Source of the DNA: Octopus vulgaris
Taxonomy: Eukaryota
Assembly: GCA_951406725.2 (NCBI GenBank)
Contig: OX597814.1
Span: 115,692,001 to 115,756,000, forward strand
Direction: 5' to 3'
Length of the DNA stretch: 64,000 bases
Shown here: positions 35,731 to 49,144 of the stretch, piece by piece
Numbering within the stretch: position 1 is the first letter of the stretch
How the letters are laid out: each line of letters starts with the position of its first letter
Position numbers and translations under genes: made by a program
Notes under the pieces: model-generated
Told to the model about the DNA's origin: nothing
What the model saw: the letters and a program-made list of their open reading frames with translations, nothing else
The model's database searches: none

Positions 35731-37612
35731 TACATGAATCGCTACCCCATTATCACCCCACATTTTACATGAATTGATACTCCATTATTGTCCCACTTTT
35801 TACATGAATCACTACCCCATTATCGCCCCACTTTTTTAATGAATCGCTACCCCATTATCACCCCACTTTTTACATAAATCACTACCCCATTATTGCCCCA
35901 CTTTTTACATGAATTGCTACCCCATTATCACCCCACTTTTTACATGAATCACTACCACATTATCACCCCACTTTTTACATGAATCGCTACCCCATTATCG
36001 CCCCACTTTTTACATGAATCACTACCCCATTATCGCCCCACTTTTTACATGAATCGCTACCCCATTATCGCCCCACTTTTTACATGAATTGCTACCCCAT
36101 TATCACCTCACTTTTTACATGAATCGCTACCCCATTATCATCCCACTTTTTACATGAATTGCTACGCCATAATCGCCCCACTTTTTACATGAATTGCTAC
36201 CCAATTATCACCCCACTTTTTACATGAGTTGCTACCCCATTATTACCCCACTTTTTACATGAATCGCTACCCCATAATCGCCCCACTTTTTACATGAATT
36301 GCTACCCCATAATCGCCCCACTTTTTACATGAATAGCTACCCCATAATCGCCCCACTTTTTACATAAATCACTACCCCATTATCACCCCACTTTTTACAT
36401 GAATCCTTGCCCCATTATCGCCCCACTTTTTACATGAATCCTTACCCCATTATCACCCCACTTTTTACATAAATCACTACCCCATTATCACCCCACTTTT
36501 TACATGAATCACTACCCCATTATCACCCCACTTTTTACATGAATCACCACCCCATTATCACCCCACTTTTTACATGAATCACCACCCCATTATCGCCCCA
36601 CTTTTTACATGAATCACGACCTCATTATCACCCCATTTTTTACATGAATCCTTACCCCATAATCGCCCCACTTTTTACATGAATCACTACCCCATTATCA
36701 CACCACTTTTTACATGAATTGCTACCCCATTATCACCTCACTTTCTACATGAATCGCTACCCCATTATCACCCCACTTTTTACATGAATTGCTACCCCAT
36801 AATCTCCCCACTTTTTACATAAATCACTACTCCATAATCACCCCACTTTTTACATAAATCACTACCCCATTATCACCCCACTTTTTACATGAATTGCTAC
36901 CCCATTATCACACCACTTTTTACATGAATTGCTACCCCATTATCACCTCACTTTCTACATGAATTGCTACCCCATTATCACCCCACTTTTTACATGAATT
37001 GCTACCCCATAATCTCCCCACTTTTTACATAAATCACTACCCCATAATCACCCCACTTTTTACATAAATCACTACCCCATTATCACCCCACTTTTTACAT
37101 GAATTGCTACCCCATTATCACCCCACTTTTTACATGAATTGCTACCCCATTATCACCCCACTTTTTACATGAATCGCTACCCCATAATCGCCCCACTTTT
37201 TACATGAATTGCTACCCCATAATCGCCCCACATTTTACATAAATCACTACCCCATTATCACCCCACTTTTTACAAGAATTGCTAACCCATTATCACCGCA
37301 CTTTTTACATGAATTGCTACCCCATAATCGCCCCACTTTTTACATGAATTGCTACCCCATTATCACCCCACTTTTTACATGAATCGCTACCCCATAATCG
37401 CCCCACTTTTTACATGAATTGCTACCCCATAATCGCCCCACATTTTACATAAATCACTACCCCATTATCACCCCACTTTTTACAAGAATTGCTAACCCAT
37501 TATCACCGCACTTTTTACATGAATTGCTACCCCATAATCGCCCCACTTTTTACATGAATTGCTACCCCATTATCGCCCCACTTTTTACATGAATCACTAC
37601 CTCATTATCGCC
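35727..37612. repeat. 35-bp minisatellite (CCCCACTTTTTACATGAATCACTACCCCATTATCA), ~54 copies
   Basis: Period 35 (e.g. CCCCAC at 36001 and 36036); contiguous units with no spacers. Confidence 0.97.
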
Positions 37613-38222
37613 CACACAAACACACGACAGGCTTCTTTCTGTTTCCATCTACCAAATCCACTCACAAGGCTTTGGTCAGCCTGAGGCTATAGTAGAAGAC
37701 ACTGGGACTGAACCCAGAACCATGTTGTTGGTAAGCAAGGTACTTACCACACAGCCACTCCTGTGCCCTTTGTTGCTTATCATTTTAGAAAACTAGAATA
37801 ATCAGAATGACAGCAAGTATACAGCTGTCATCATCATCATCATCATCGTCATATTTTATGTGTGCTTTCGAGTGAGACAGGTCATCATGGTGAAAAGTTA
37901 GCATGTATTCAGAGCTACCGTACTCACCTAGATGGTGTGGAAATCCGTAGCTCACTCTTTGTTTGGCTTCAACATTTAGATACCCTTACTAACACCATCT
38001 ACCAGAGACGCATTCTATCCAGTATGGTTAGGAAAGTAGCTTTGCAACAAATAGTTCCGGGTTCAATCCCACAGCTGACAATGTCTTCTACCATAGCATG
38101 AAGTTGGTCAGTAACTTTTAAGTGGAATTTTATTAGTAGAAAAACCAATAAACTGTTGCTCAATTTAACACCATTACCTAACATCTTGGATGCCTTTAAA
38201 GGAGTCTACTCTACTTTAGGCG

Positions 38223-38824
38223 TTACCTTCTAGCATTTAAACAGGTCATATCTGGCTCGAAATATTCTACTTGTTTTACATTCAAACTGACTGGATCCAG
38301 CCTCTCACACATATCCTAGAATGTCATTCTAAAAATAAATGACCACATCATTGAAATTCCAAAGTTATAAGGTATTGCATGAGTAATTCAAAACAACAAA
38401 AACAAGAGTACTCAGAGAGTGCAAACCTCTGCCAAGGCAACACCAACATCCTCTCAATGATTAGCCGGAGATGATTTTCAAAATGAGAATATCTGAAATA
38501 AACTAGACTTCTACCACAAACGAGAATACTAAAAATGAACCCAACTGCTCTCAAAAATCAAGTAAAAAAACGAAAAATACTCCAGAATCATTGTCCAGTA
38601 CTGGATTAACCCCAAAATCTAGTCAGTTCATGCCAGTCACAAGGCCAAACATTCCCGAAAGTTTCATCCAAATCCATCCAGCAGTCCTTGAGGTATCTTG
38701 TCCATGGACAGACAGACAAACAAACAAACAAACAAATGCAACTGAAAACAATATCTCCGCCTTCGCTAAAGCAGAGGTAATAAGTAAGCATTATATTAGA
38801 CAGAGTAATCTGAATGCTAAAGGG
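38223..38824. mobile_element. piggyBac-type MITE (CCCTTTAGCATT family) interrupted by a Helentron/HINE-like element at 38401-38783
   Basis: Right end AATGCTAAAGGG-TTAA; insert begins AACAAGAG, carries ACAG/AAAC microsatellite and ends CTCCGCCTTCGCTAAAGCAGAGGTAATAA. Confidence 0.6.
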
Positions 38825-39337
38825 TTAAGTCACAGTCTCTGGTACAAGGATATATTTCTCCCTCCTCCCTGATCTTTGGATTCATTTGTAATATACACCT
38901 GACAATAACAATGGATACTATTTCATTTTTATACATCTGGATGACGTTACATTTCTGGTCATATTATATGAATTGTGTCATGTTCATGACAATAATACAT
39001 GCCATGTCACATTCTTAATGATAATGTATGGATTCAATTATATTTGACAAAAGCTTAGACAGTATGACACACGCTGGGTAATAAACTATAAAATAATGTT
39101 TGACAGTAATGTGGTATAAATATTTTTCTTTTTTTTTTCTATGAAAGGATCATTAAATAGGCCTAGGCATGGTTGGGTGGAAAGCATAGGCGCAAGTGTG
39201 GCAGTGTGGTAGGAAGTTTGTTTCTCAGCTTCATGGTTCCAGGTTCAGTTTCACTGCGTGACACCTTGAGCAAGTGTCTTCTATTATAGCCTTGGGCTGA
39301 TCAAAGGTCTTGTGAACAGATTTGGTAGACAGAAACT

Positions 39338-40205
39338 GGATCGTAGGGCAACCTGCTGTGCTTGAGGAGACCTATTGAGTCAAGTACATCAACATCAAAA
39401 TAAAAATCAAATGGATATTGTAGTTGGGATATCTGTGCTGGTGACACGTTGGGCTTCACAGAGGAAATGACGAAAGACCGAGACCTCTGAGATATGCTGT
39501 GACTGCGAAGACCCAACAAATGAAGTGAGTTCAAAGCTTGCAGGATGCCCTGCTGTGCTAACCTTGGATTGTAGAGTGACCCGCTGTGCTTGAGGAGACC
39601 TATTGAGTCAAGTACGTCAACATCAACATCAAAATAAAAATCAAATGGAAATTGAAGTTATGATACCTGTGCCGGTGGCACGTAAAAAGCGCCCACTACA
39701 CTCACGGAGTGGTTGGCATTAGAAAGGGCATCCAGCTGTAGAAACACTGCCAGATCAGACTGGAGCCTGGCGCAGCCTCCTGGCTTCCCAGACCCCGGTC
39801 AAACCATCCAACCCATGCTAGCATGGAAAACGGACATTAAACAATGATGATGATGATGATGATATCATCATGATTATCATCATTGTTTGACGTCCATTTT
39901 CCATGCTGGCATGGGTTGGACTGGCAAGCCGGGAAGCTGCACGAGGCTCCAATCTGATTTGACAAGGTTTCTACAGCTGGATGCCCTTCCTAATGCCAAC
40001 CACTCTGAGAGTGAAGTGGGTGCTTTTTACATCCCACTGGCATGGGAGCCAGTTAGATGGCACAAGCATCACCCACACTCAAATAGTGCATTTTACATGC
40101 CACCAGCATGGCTACCAGTCAGGTGGCACTGGCAACAGCCATGCTCAAATGGTGCTTTTTACATGCCACTAGCATTGGGTGCCAGTCAGGCAACACCGGC
40201 ATCGG
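39338..40205. mobile_element. Two RTE 3'UTR copies tail-to-tail (+ 39338-39862; - 39870-40205)
   Basis: (GAT)n tail abutting (CAT)n tail at 39845-39885. Confidence 0.8.
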
Positions 40206-40208
40206 AAC

Positions 40209-40269
<61 letters not shown>

Positions 40270-40794
40270 TGTATATACACGCACACAGATGTGTGTATGT
40301 CTTTGTGTCTGTGTTTGTCCTTCACCACTGCTTGACAACTTGTGCTGGTTTATTTATGTCCCCATAACTTAGTGGTTCAACAAAAGACCAATAGAATAAG
40401 CACCAATCTTTAGAAAAATGAAAAATAAGTATTGGGGTTGATTCAGTCAACTAAAAGTTCTTCAAGGCGGTGCCCCAGCATGGCCACAGACTGAAACAAA
40501 TAAAAGATGAAAAGTAATATAACCAACTTTAAGAATACCATAAAGATGGTGCCCCAGCATGGTCGTAATCCTTTGACTGAAACTGATAAAAAAAGTTAGA
40601 GAAAAGAAAGAAGAAAAAAGTTGCAATGCCAGTGAGAAGAATAATTGGTTTGAATTAACACCAAAAGAGAGAGAAGACCTAAAAATAAGGACATGATTTC
40701 TGAGATACTTTGTCATCATCATCATCTAATACCAATATCCCATGCTGACATCTGGGTTGGACCACTGGCATCAGTTCAAAATCAGAATCCCATT

Positions 40795-41213
40795 CTTATT
40801 TTTCTATTGCCCACAAGGGGCTAAACATAGAGGGGACAAACAAGGACAGACAAAGGGATTAAGTCGATTACATCGACCCCAGTGTATAACTGGCACTTAT
40901 TTAATCGACCCCGAAAGGATGAAAGGCAAAGTCGACCTCGGCGGAATTTGAACTCAGAACATAAAGACAGACGAATTACCTATTTCTTTACTACCCTCAA
41001 GGGGCTAAACACAGAGAGGACAAACAAGGACAGACAAATGGATTAAGTCGATTACATCGACCCCAGTGTATAACTGGTACTTATTTAATCGACCCCGAAA
41101 GGATGAAAGGCAAAGTTGACCTTGGCAGAATTTGAACTCACAACGTAAAGACAGACAAAATACTGCTAAGCATTTCACTCAGCATGCTAACATTTCTGCC
41201 AGCTGGCTGCCTT
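40795..41213 (-). mobile_element. SINE family B with tandemly duplicated 3' ~180 bp
   Basis: 40801-40980 similar to 40981-41160. Confidence 0.85.
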
Positions 41214-41589
41214 CAGAATCCAATTCTTTTTTTCTTTAATCATAGATGTTGTTAGAATTCATTTGAAACAGAAAACAAAACTCACACTAACTGAATAACT
41301 CAACCTTTAGCATTTAAACTGGCCAAATACAGCCCAAATATTCTTCTACCTGTTTTATGTTCAAACTGGCTACATCTCACCTCTTCCATACAATTCTAAC
41401 AATAAACATCCTACAGCCCATCACTGCTCTGTCATCTCTCTCTCTCCTGTCCTCCCTCTGCCAACTGTATCATTGCTACCCTGTCACTCCTTTATGTATT
41501 TGTTTCATCACTCAATGCATTCCCTAATTTTGCATCTACATGAACTCCCTACTCATGCACCCTGAGCAATTCTCTACCATTCCATTTAA

Positions 41590-41808
41590 CCCTTTAGCTT
41601 TCAGATTACTCTGTCAAATGTAAAGCCTGTTTAATTACATTGTTTTAAATTAGTTGTACAGCATCTTGTAACTCTGAGATTTTGATGATGTCCCTGTTTA
41701 TTTTTAGAATGGCTTTGTAGGGTAGGTGTGAGAGGTTAGAGCTGGATGGCTTAAGCATAAAACAGGAAGACAATTTTGGCCTGATATGGCTAGTTTAACA
41801 CTAAAGGG
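41590..41808. mobile_element. piggyBac-type MITE (CCCTTTAG family); relatives at ~11080-11275, ~41300 and ~63570
   Basis: TTAA-CCCTTTAG ... CTAAAGGG-TTAA. Confidence 0.8.
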
Positions 41809-42649
41809 TTAAATTCACAGCCTTTCTCATAGCAAATCGTCATCATCTCTTTCGTCCTCTCTCTACCCCGCCCCCTAAATAGGGTAATCATGTACCTCCT
41901 CTACAGCAAGACATGTTTCCATCCCTCCATCATAGTTTAACCTCCTCATATCACCTGGCACAAAGTCACCTCACTCAATACCACTCTCCCTTTCAGGTGA
42001 GAGATCTTTGTCTTGCAAGTTATGTAGGGACCTCACCAGTGCTGGCACCACACAAAAAACACCCAGTCCACTCTGTAAAATGGTTGGCATTAGGAAGGGC
42101 ATCTAACTGTAAAAAAAAAAAACATGCTAAAGCATTCAGTAGAGCTTGGTTCAGTCCCTAGACTTATCAGTTCCTGCAGCATGGAAGACAGACATAAAAT
42201 GATGATGATGATGATGATATATGTGTGTGTGTGAGTGTGTGTATAAGTTATATGGTACAAGCATAAAAAATAAGCAGGAAGAAAGGTTAAAAATAACAAA
42301 TAAACAGTGAATTAGGTTTACACTTCAGAAATAGTCTTTTATATTTTGAGCATATGCTCTTATACAGAATGAAAAGGTGAAGAGAGAAAAAATAACTTGC
42401 AGTGACAAAAGAACAAACACACACATATATATATGTGCGTCTGTGTGTGTGCATTTGGGTTGGATTGGATTATATATATGTGCAGGTGTGATTGTGTGGT
42501 AAGGAGCCTATTTCCCAACCACATGGTCCTAGGTTCAGTCCCACTGTGTGGCAAGTGTTTTCTATTTTCACCTCAGGCCAATCATAGCTTGTAAGTAGAT
42601 TTTGCAGACAGAAACTGTAAGAAGCCCATCATATATATATATATATATA

Positions 42650-43662
42650 TATAAGATACAAATGAATTGACAATTTATTTTCAAATGCATGAACACTGGT
42701 ATAACAGCAGAAATATTGGATAAAATACCCTTATAAAGCAGAAAGACTTGTTAGCAACCAGCCATGAGACTCAAACTTACATCCCTTTAGTTTCCAGCCA
42801 AGTGCTTTGCCAATTAAGCTTAACTGCCCACTGACAAATTAACCCACAATTTTAGAACTTATATAATTTTAGAACTCGTATAATGCTACAAAGCTGAAAG
42901 CTATAAAGCTGAATGTACAACTATGAATGTAAACAAACTAACATTTGTTTTTTAAAGCGTTGAAATACATACTGCAAGATACAAATAAGAAGATAATTCA
43001 TTTTCAAGCACCCGAACACTGGGATAACAGCAGAAATATTGGATGAGATACCCTTATAAAGCGGAAAAATTTGAAACTCAATTGCACATCTCTTTATTAA
43101 GGGAAACTAAAGTCTTATAGCTGGTTGCTCTCTTTACTCTTTTACTTGTTTCAGTCATATGACTGTAGCCATGCTGGAGCACCACCTTTAGTCGAGCAAA
43201 TTGACCTAAGGATTTATTTTTGTAAGCCTAGTACTTATTCTATCGGTCTCTTTTGCTGAACCACTAAGTTACGGGGACGTAAACACACCAGCACCGGTTG
43301 TCAAGCGATGGTGGGGGGACAAACACAGATACACAAATACACACACACACACATATATATGACAGGCTTCTTTCAGTTTCCGTCTACCAAATCCACTCAC
43401 AAGGCTTTGGTCAGCATCAGGCTATAGTAGAGGACACTTGCCCAAGGTGCCACGCAGTGGGACTAAACCCAGAACCATGTGGTTCATTAGCAAGCTACTT
43501 ACCACACAGCCACTCCTACGCCTGACAAATTCTTCCGCTTTATAAGGGTATCTTATCCGATATTTCTGCTGTTATCCCAGCGTTTGTGTGTTTGAAACTT
43601 ATCATTTTATTTGTATCGTGCAGTACACATTTCAACGCTTTAAAAGACAAACGTTTGTTTAT
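42650..43662. repeat. Direct plus inverted repeat composite with an internal tRNA-like segment; SINE family A (43130-43521, -) in the loop
   Basis: ATAACAGCAGAAATATTGGAT..ATACCCTTATAAAGC at ~42700 and ~43024, and reverse-complemented at ~43535-43577. Confidence 0.75.
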
Positions 43663-44109
43663 ATTTATGGTCATATGCGTGTGTGTGTGCATGTGTATGT
43701 GTCTTTGTGTCTCTGTTTGACCCACAACACCACTTGACATTATTGTGTTTTACCCCACCCCGCCACAAGACTTAGTGGTCTGGCAAAAGAGACTGATAGA
43801 ATAAGTACTAGGTTTTAAAAAAAAGCAAAAAATAAGTACAGGGGTCAATTCATTCAACTAGAAATTTTTCAAGGCAGTGCTCCAGTTTGGCCAGTCTAAT
43901 GACTGTAACAAGTAAAAGACAGAAGATATATACACACACACACATATATATATATAATATATATCTGCAGGGTGGGGCAAAAGTCATGCAGAAAATAAGT
44001 TCACTGTACTCTGGAATTGTCAAAGAAATGCTGCAATTTTTCTAAAATTGAATAAATTAAATAAAGAGGAATACACACACAATTGTACGCAACAAACAAA
44101 ATAAATAAG

Positions 44110-44156
<47 letters not shown>

Positions 44157-44159
<3 letters not shown>

Positions 44160-44436
44160 GGTACTGAAACCTATTTGAAAATGATTCCAGGCTTACCATC
44201 CCTACAGGAAGTGCAAAAAATCGTGTTGACTGGAACGACTCATGTACTGAGAAGAGTATTATCGCTGTGAAAACAACATCCATTCATGAATTTATTTATT
44301 CATTCATTTTTTAAATACATATTTTACCTGTGAATTTGTGTGTGTAATCTGGGAATGCATACAATGGGTTTCTCTGCCCTAGGTGTACGGAAAACATTCG
44401 GCGAGAAACGGAAGAAAATTTGAAGAAAGAAGGAAA

Positions 44437-44437
<1 letters not shown>
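44157..44437 (+). mobile_element. 5'-truncated R4/Dong-type retrotransposon in (TAA)n
   Basis: Encodes KGTETYLKMIPGLPSLQEVQKIVLTGTTHVLRRVLSL*, matching the C-terminus of the 45456-47885 ORF; (TAA)n on both sides. Confidence 0.9.
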
Positions 44438-44480
<43 letters not shown>

Positions 44481-45278
44481 GATGCCCTGATGCAGTACCA
44501 GGCAGTGGCTCTCGTGGTTTCTGATCTTAACTGATTGGAAGTGTTTTCATGTACATTGTTTTGTTTTGGTATAAAAGATGGGCTACAGCAAATATTCTGC
44601 TCAATACCACAGATTTGCTTGTCAGTTGTTTGACCTTAACCAGTTGAGCATGTCCCTTAGTGGCTGATGATATGTGCATCGCTGATCACGAGCAGAAGTA
44701 GTAGGGGAGCATCATAGCCATGTGTTGAGAGGAACTCTTTGGGGTTTGGATAATTCACCCCTGGAAACATGGGTGTTTTGTTCAGCATCCTTAAACAACC
44801 CTTATTCAAGGACCTTTTGAATGGGACGGGATACTCAATCTGAAGAAAATTCTAACTGGGCCTCACCTGCAAGGTCATGTGCTGTTTATCCTGATATAGT
44901 ATCATTATGTCATGCACATATGGTTGTGATGCATGTGCCTTGTGTACCCTTATCAGACAGCTAGTCATGATGAGTATACTTGGCTTCGTATATTTTACCC
45001 CAGTGTCACTTTGATGGCACGCACTGCTCTCTCAAGAACAACAACAACAACAATAAAAATAATAATAATCTTTTCTACTATAGGCACAAGGCCTGAAATT
45101 TTGGGGCAAGGGTAAGTTGATTACATTACTTAATTTATTGACTCTGAAAGGACAAAAGTCAAAGTCAACCTCAGCAGAATTTGAACTCAGAATGTTAAGA
45201 TGGACAAGATGCTAGTAAGCATTTTACCTGGTGTGCTAATGATTCTACCAACTTGCATTATTATTATTATTATTACTA

Positions 45279-48200
45279 TTTTTTTTTTCTTCTTTCAAAT
45301 TTGCTTCCATTTCTTGCCGAGTGTCTTCCCGACTCCTAGGGCAAAGAAACTCATAGTATACATTGGTAGGCCATTAAACCAAACTCAATAATTCGCTCAT
45401 TTTTAAAAAAAATTTTTTTTTAAGTTAAATTAAAATACATGAGCAGCAACAGTTCTCACATCGACAATGCTCTTCTCAATACGTGTGATGTACCAGTTAA
45501 GACAATCTTTTGCACTTCTTGCAGGGATGGTAAGCCAGGGATCATTCTCATATAATTTTCGGTTCCCTTCTTGATCATTCCTAGCGCTCCTACAATCACT
45601 GGTATTGTAACCGCCTTGAGATGCCACATTTTCTCAATTTCAATGAGTAGGTCTTTATATTTTCTGAGCTTGTCAAACTCTTTTGCTGAGATATTATGAT
45701 CACAGGGGATGCTCATGTCGATCAATAAGCAAACTTTATTGTTTTGGTCTTTCACAACAATATCTGGTTTATTGGCCTTGATGGTTCGGTCTGTATGTAC
45801 TGGAAAGTCCCACAGAATGGTTACATTTTCTCCTTCAGTTACAGCCTCAGGGTGGTGATTATACCACTTGTCGGCAGTTTTGATATTGTAATGCCGACTT
45901 ATTAGCCAGTGGAGATATTGGCCAACTCTGTCATGTCTTAATTTATACTCCACTGGTGCTAAGACTTTACATCCAGAGATTAGGTGGTCCACTGTTTCAA
46001 TCATGTCATTGCAGAATCGGCATTTTGGGTCTGCTCCATTTTTCATCACATTGGCCTGGTAGTTCCGGGTTAATAGGCTTTGATCTTGAGCAGCCAGGAT
46101 GAAACCTTCGCTCTCTGCTTTTAGCCCTGAGCTCCGTAGCCACTGATGGGTTTGCTTCTGGTCAACATCAGCTTGTTTGCTGCGGGTCACATATTTGCCA
46201 TGCAGAGGTTTCTCCTCCCACCTATCAGCCAATTGCTCGTGCACTTTTTTCATTGCCATCATTTTCACCTTCTTTGCAACAATAGTTGCCGTACTTCCCT
46301 CGGGTTGTTCAGTTTGGGTATCCTGCACGAGATCAATAGCAAATTTTTTGCTTTCCTTTATGATAGAATGAAGCTTCTTTCGTCTCTCGTGATTTTCCAC
46401 GAGCTTTAGCATCCAGTCATTCGATATTTTGAGATATTTGGCCAGTCCAATTGTGGTTGTTTTGTAAGCTAGTTCAAATTGGATCAGGCCTCGACCTCCT
46501 TGGGCTCTGGGAAGGTAAAGGCGATCTACGTCTGCCTTTGGGTGGTGCATCCTATTACAACTCAGCAGCTTGCGTATTTTCCTATCTATATTCTTTACTT
46601 CACTCATATTCCAGTTCAACACATTGTAGCTATAAGTAACAACTGGAACTGCTAAGGAATTTATAGCTAACACCTTGTTACGTGCATTTAGTTCAGATTT
46701 CAGGACTGCACAAACTCTCCTATAACATTCCTTCCTGATCTTCTCTTTCATGCTTGCATGCTGAATACCAGAGCCTTCATTTATCCCTAAATATTTGTAT
46801 GTTTGTTCTTGCTCAAGCTCTCTTATGACTGTGTCAACATCTAACACGACTGAATTTGTGGTCTTCACTTTCCCTTTCTGGAAAGTGGCCTTGGCACACT
46901 TCTCAAGTCCAAACTCCATCCCGATGTCATCACTGAATGCTTTCACAGTGCACAATAGGCCTTCAAGTTCATTATTGTCTTTACCATAAAGTTTTAAGTC
47001 ATCCATATAAAATAGATGGCTTATTTTTTTATTGGCAATTTTATACCCATACCCTGTTCTGTTTAATTCACTTGTATGGGGTATTAGGGCTATGCAGAAT
47101 ATTAAAGGTGAAAGTGAGTCACCTTGAAAAATTCCACAGTTGATGTTTATATTTTCTGAGGCAAGTACTCCATTAGAGTGGTATAATTGGAGATTCGTAT
47201 TCCACAACGACATATTGTGCTTCATGAAGTTTGAAATCACAGGGGAAATTTTGAAGATGTCCAGCGATCTCAAGATCCACGGATGCAGTATACTGTCGAA
47301 GGCCTTTTTATAGTCAATCCATGCGGTGCTGAGATTTCTGCGCTTGTTGTGACAGTTCTCAAGGATCATACGATTGATTAGCAGTTGATCTTTGCATCCG
47401 TAAGAGCCTCGGCGGCACCCTTTTTGTTCAATGGGGAAAATATCGTTCTTCTCCATGAATGCATATGTTTTCTCCGCCAGGATAGATGTTAGGATTTTAT
47501 ATGTGGTGGATAGACAGGTTATAGGTCGATAGTTTTTTGGAAGGTTGGTTTCGTTATTCTTTGGGAGTAGGTAAGTAATGCCACTTGCTAACCATTCAGG
47601 TGTTTTCTTTGGGTCTCTCATAATTCCATTGAGCAGCTGAACTAGCTTACCGTGTGCGCATGGGAGCGATGCGAGCCAGAAATTCGGCACCCTATCTTTA
47701 CCGGGGGATTTCCAATTATGGGCCTTCGTGAGTGCCTTTCTTAGGTCTGCTATTGTGATGTCTTCCCATGCTTGTTGTTGTAAATTTTGGTAGGATCCTT
47801 CAGTTTGTATAATCCAGTCTGCATTTATGTTGTACGTCTTCTTGTCACTCCAAATCCTCTTCCAAAAGTTTTGAACTTCTTCCATGGGAGGGGGGTCTTT
47901 AACGGTTACTTTCTCCTTCCCTATTTCTCAGTAGAATTTTTTGGCATTGGATGTGAACAGCTTATTTTGCTTGTAAAACTTGTTTCTCTTCTCAAATCTT
48001 CGTATTCTTTGGGCTTTTGCTTGGACTTTTTGTTTCAGCGTTTCTTTTATTGATATCAGTTCTTCTCTTGGTGAGGGTCCAAATTTTCTCTTCATCTTTC
48101 TTCCTATTCTGGATCTTACATCATTTCCACATATTAGTTCATTTAATATTGATATTTTCCCTCTCATAAATTCAATCTCTTTTTCAATTTTACTTCTCCA

Positions 48201-49080
48201 GGTTTGATTTCTTCCCAGATTTTGTTTTCTTTGTTTTTCGGGGGCATACAGCTGGTTTCAATTGCTCTAGCAGAAGCGTAAATAATTTCATTTAACTCAG
48301 TAAAATCAGGTTTTAATTCTCGTATTATTTCATTTGTTACATAGTTGCCAATTTGGATTTGTTTTTTATTTTGGTTTGTATTTGAGAGTTTATGAAGTGG
48401 TTCTCTATCATTCATACTTGTATGTCTTACAACTTCAAGCGTATTCAGGATTTTCTGCCTCATTTCTGCCATAGACTCTCTGTGTTCTTCAGCAAATGCG
48501 AGATCTTCAGTTACTGTTGTTTTTTCGTTTTCCTGGCTATCTTTAACAGGTACAATAGAATTTCTTGTATCTTCAGGCCTTTGCGTACTTTGGTCAGATG
48601 GCAGTCTTTCAATTAAGCCTCGTGGCGGGCTATACTGTTCATCTGATTCTTCATTTCCTTTGTGTCTTATATTTATGTCATTTTCCGTTGCGTGCTTGAT
48701 CGCGCTTATTTCACTGTCTGTGAGTCTGTTATTTCTAAGGATATCCCTCCTCACATTTGCTAATTTGTTCTCGTCCAAATAGGGCCTACTGTCTTGATTC
48801 CGTGTTCTCCATATACTGTAAGAGTTTGCGGTGTGTCTCTCTTGAGATGGCTTACCTAATACATAGTAATAAGCGTATATTACTTCTTTATACTCTTCTC
48901 GGGTCCATTTGTTCCGCTTACATTTTTCTTTCTGTGGTGGTTGTGGTGGTGAACTTGGAGGGCTCGAGTTGGGGAATTACCGTTCAAGTGACCATCCATG
49001 TCCGTATTCGGAGAAGAGTTTGTGCCAGTTGATGACTTTTCGATCCCAGGCTGGTTCTTCCCTGGGGGACGCGCTTCCAG
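45279..49080 (-). mobile_element. Near full-length R4/Dong-type non-LTR retrotransposon (single RT + restriction-like endonuclease ORF)
   Basis: 3' A-run then (TAA)n; 5' end abuts a (CAT)n(CAA)n-TAAT microsatellite; ORF fragments across 45456-48930. Confidence 0.92.
45456..47885 (-). pseudogene. Reverse transcriptase + CCHC knuckle + REL endonuclease (809-aa open C-terminal part of a disrupted ORF)
   Basis: NYRPITCL, WIDYKKAFDS, GIFQGDSLSP, HLFYMDD, YKYLG; CRFC..H..SGC, RHD, KPD..D..K(L)RKY; in-frame TGA at 47928-47930 and a frameshift near 48190-48220 separate the N-terminal parts (47928-48167, 48164-48778). Confidence 0.93.
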
Positions 49081-49083
49081 ATT

Positions 49084-49144
<61 letters not shown>

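Noticed and set aside
35727-37612. CRISPR-like 35-bp periodicity
   Set aside because: Units are contiguous with no unique spacers, there are no cas genes, and the context is eukaryotic.
37920-38005. Possible minus-strand exon ending at GTGAGTA
   Set aside because: Stops in all three frames; better explained by a short TAGATGGTGT/ACACCATCTA inverted repeat.
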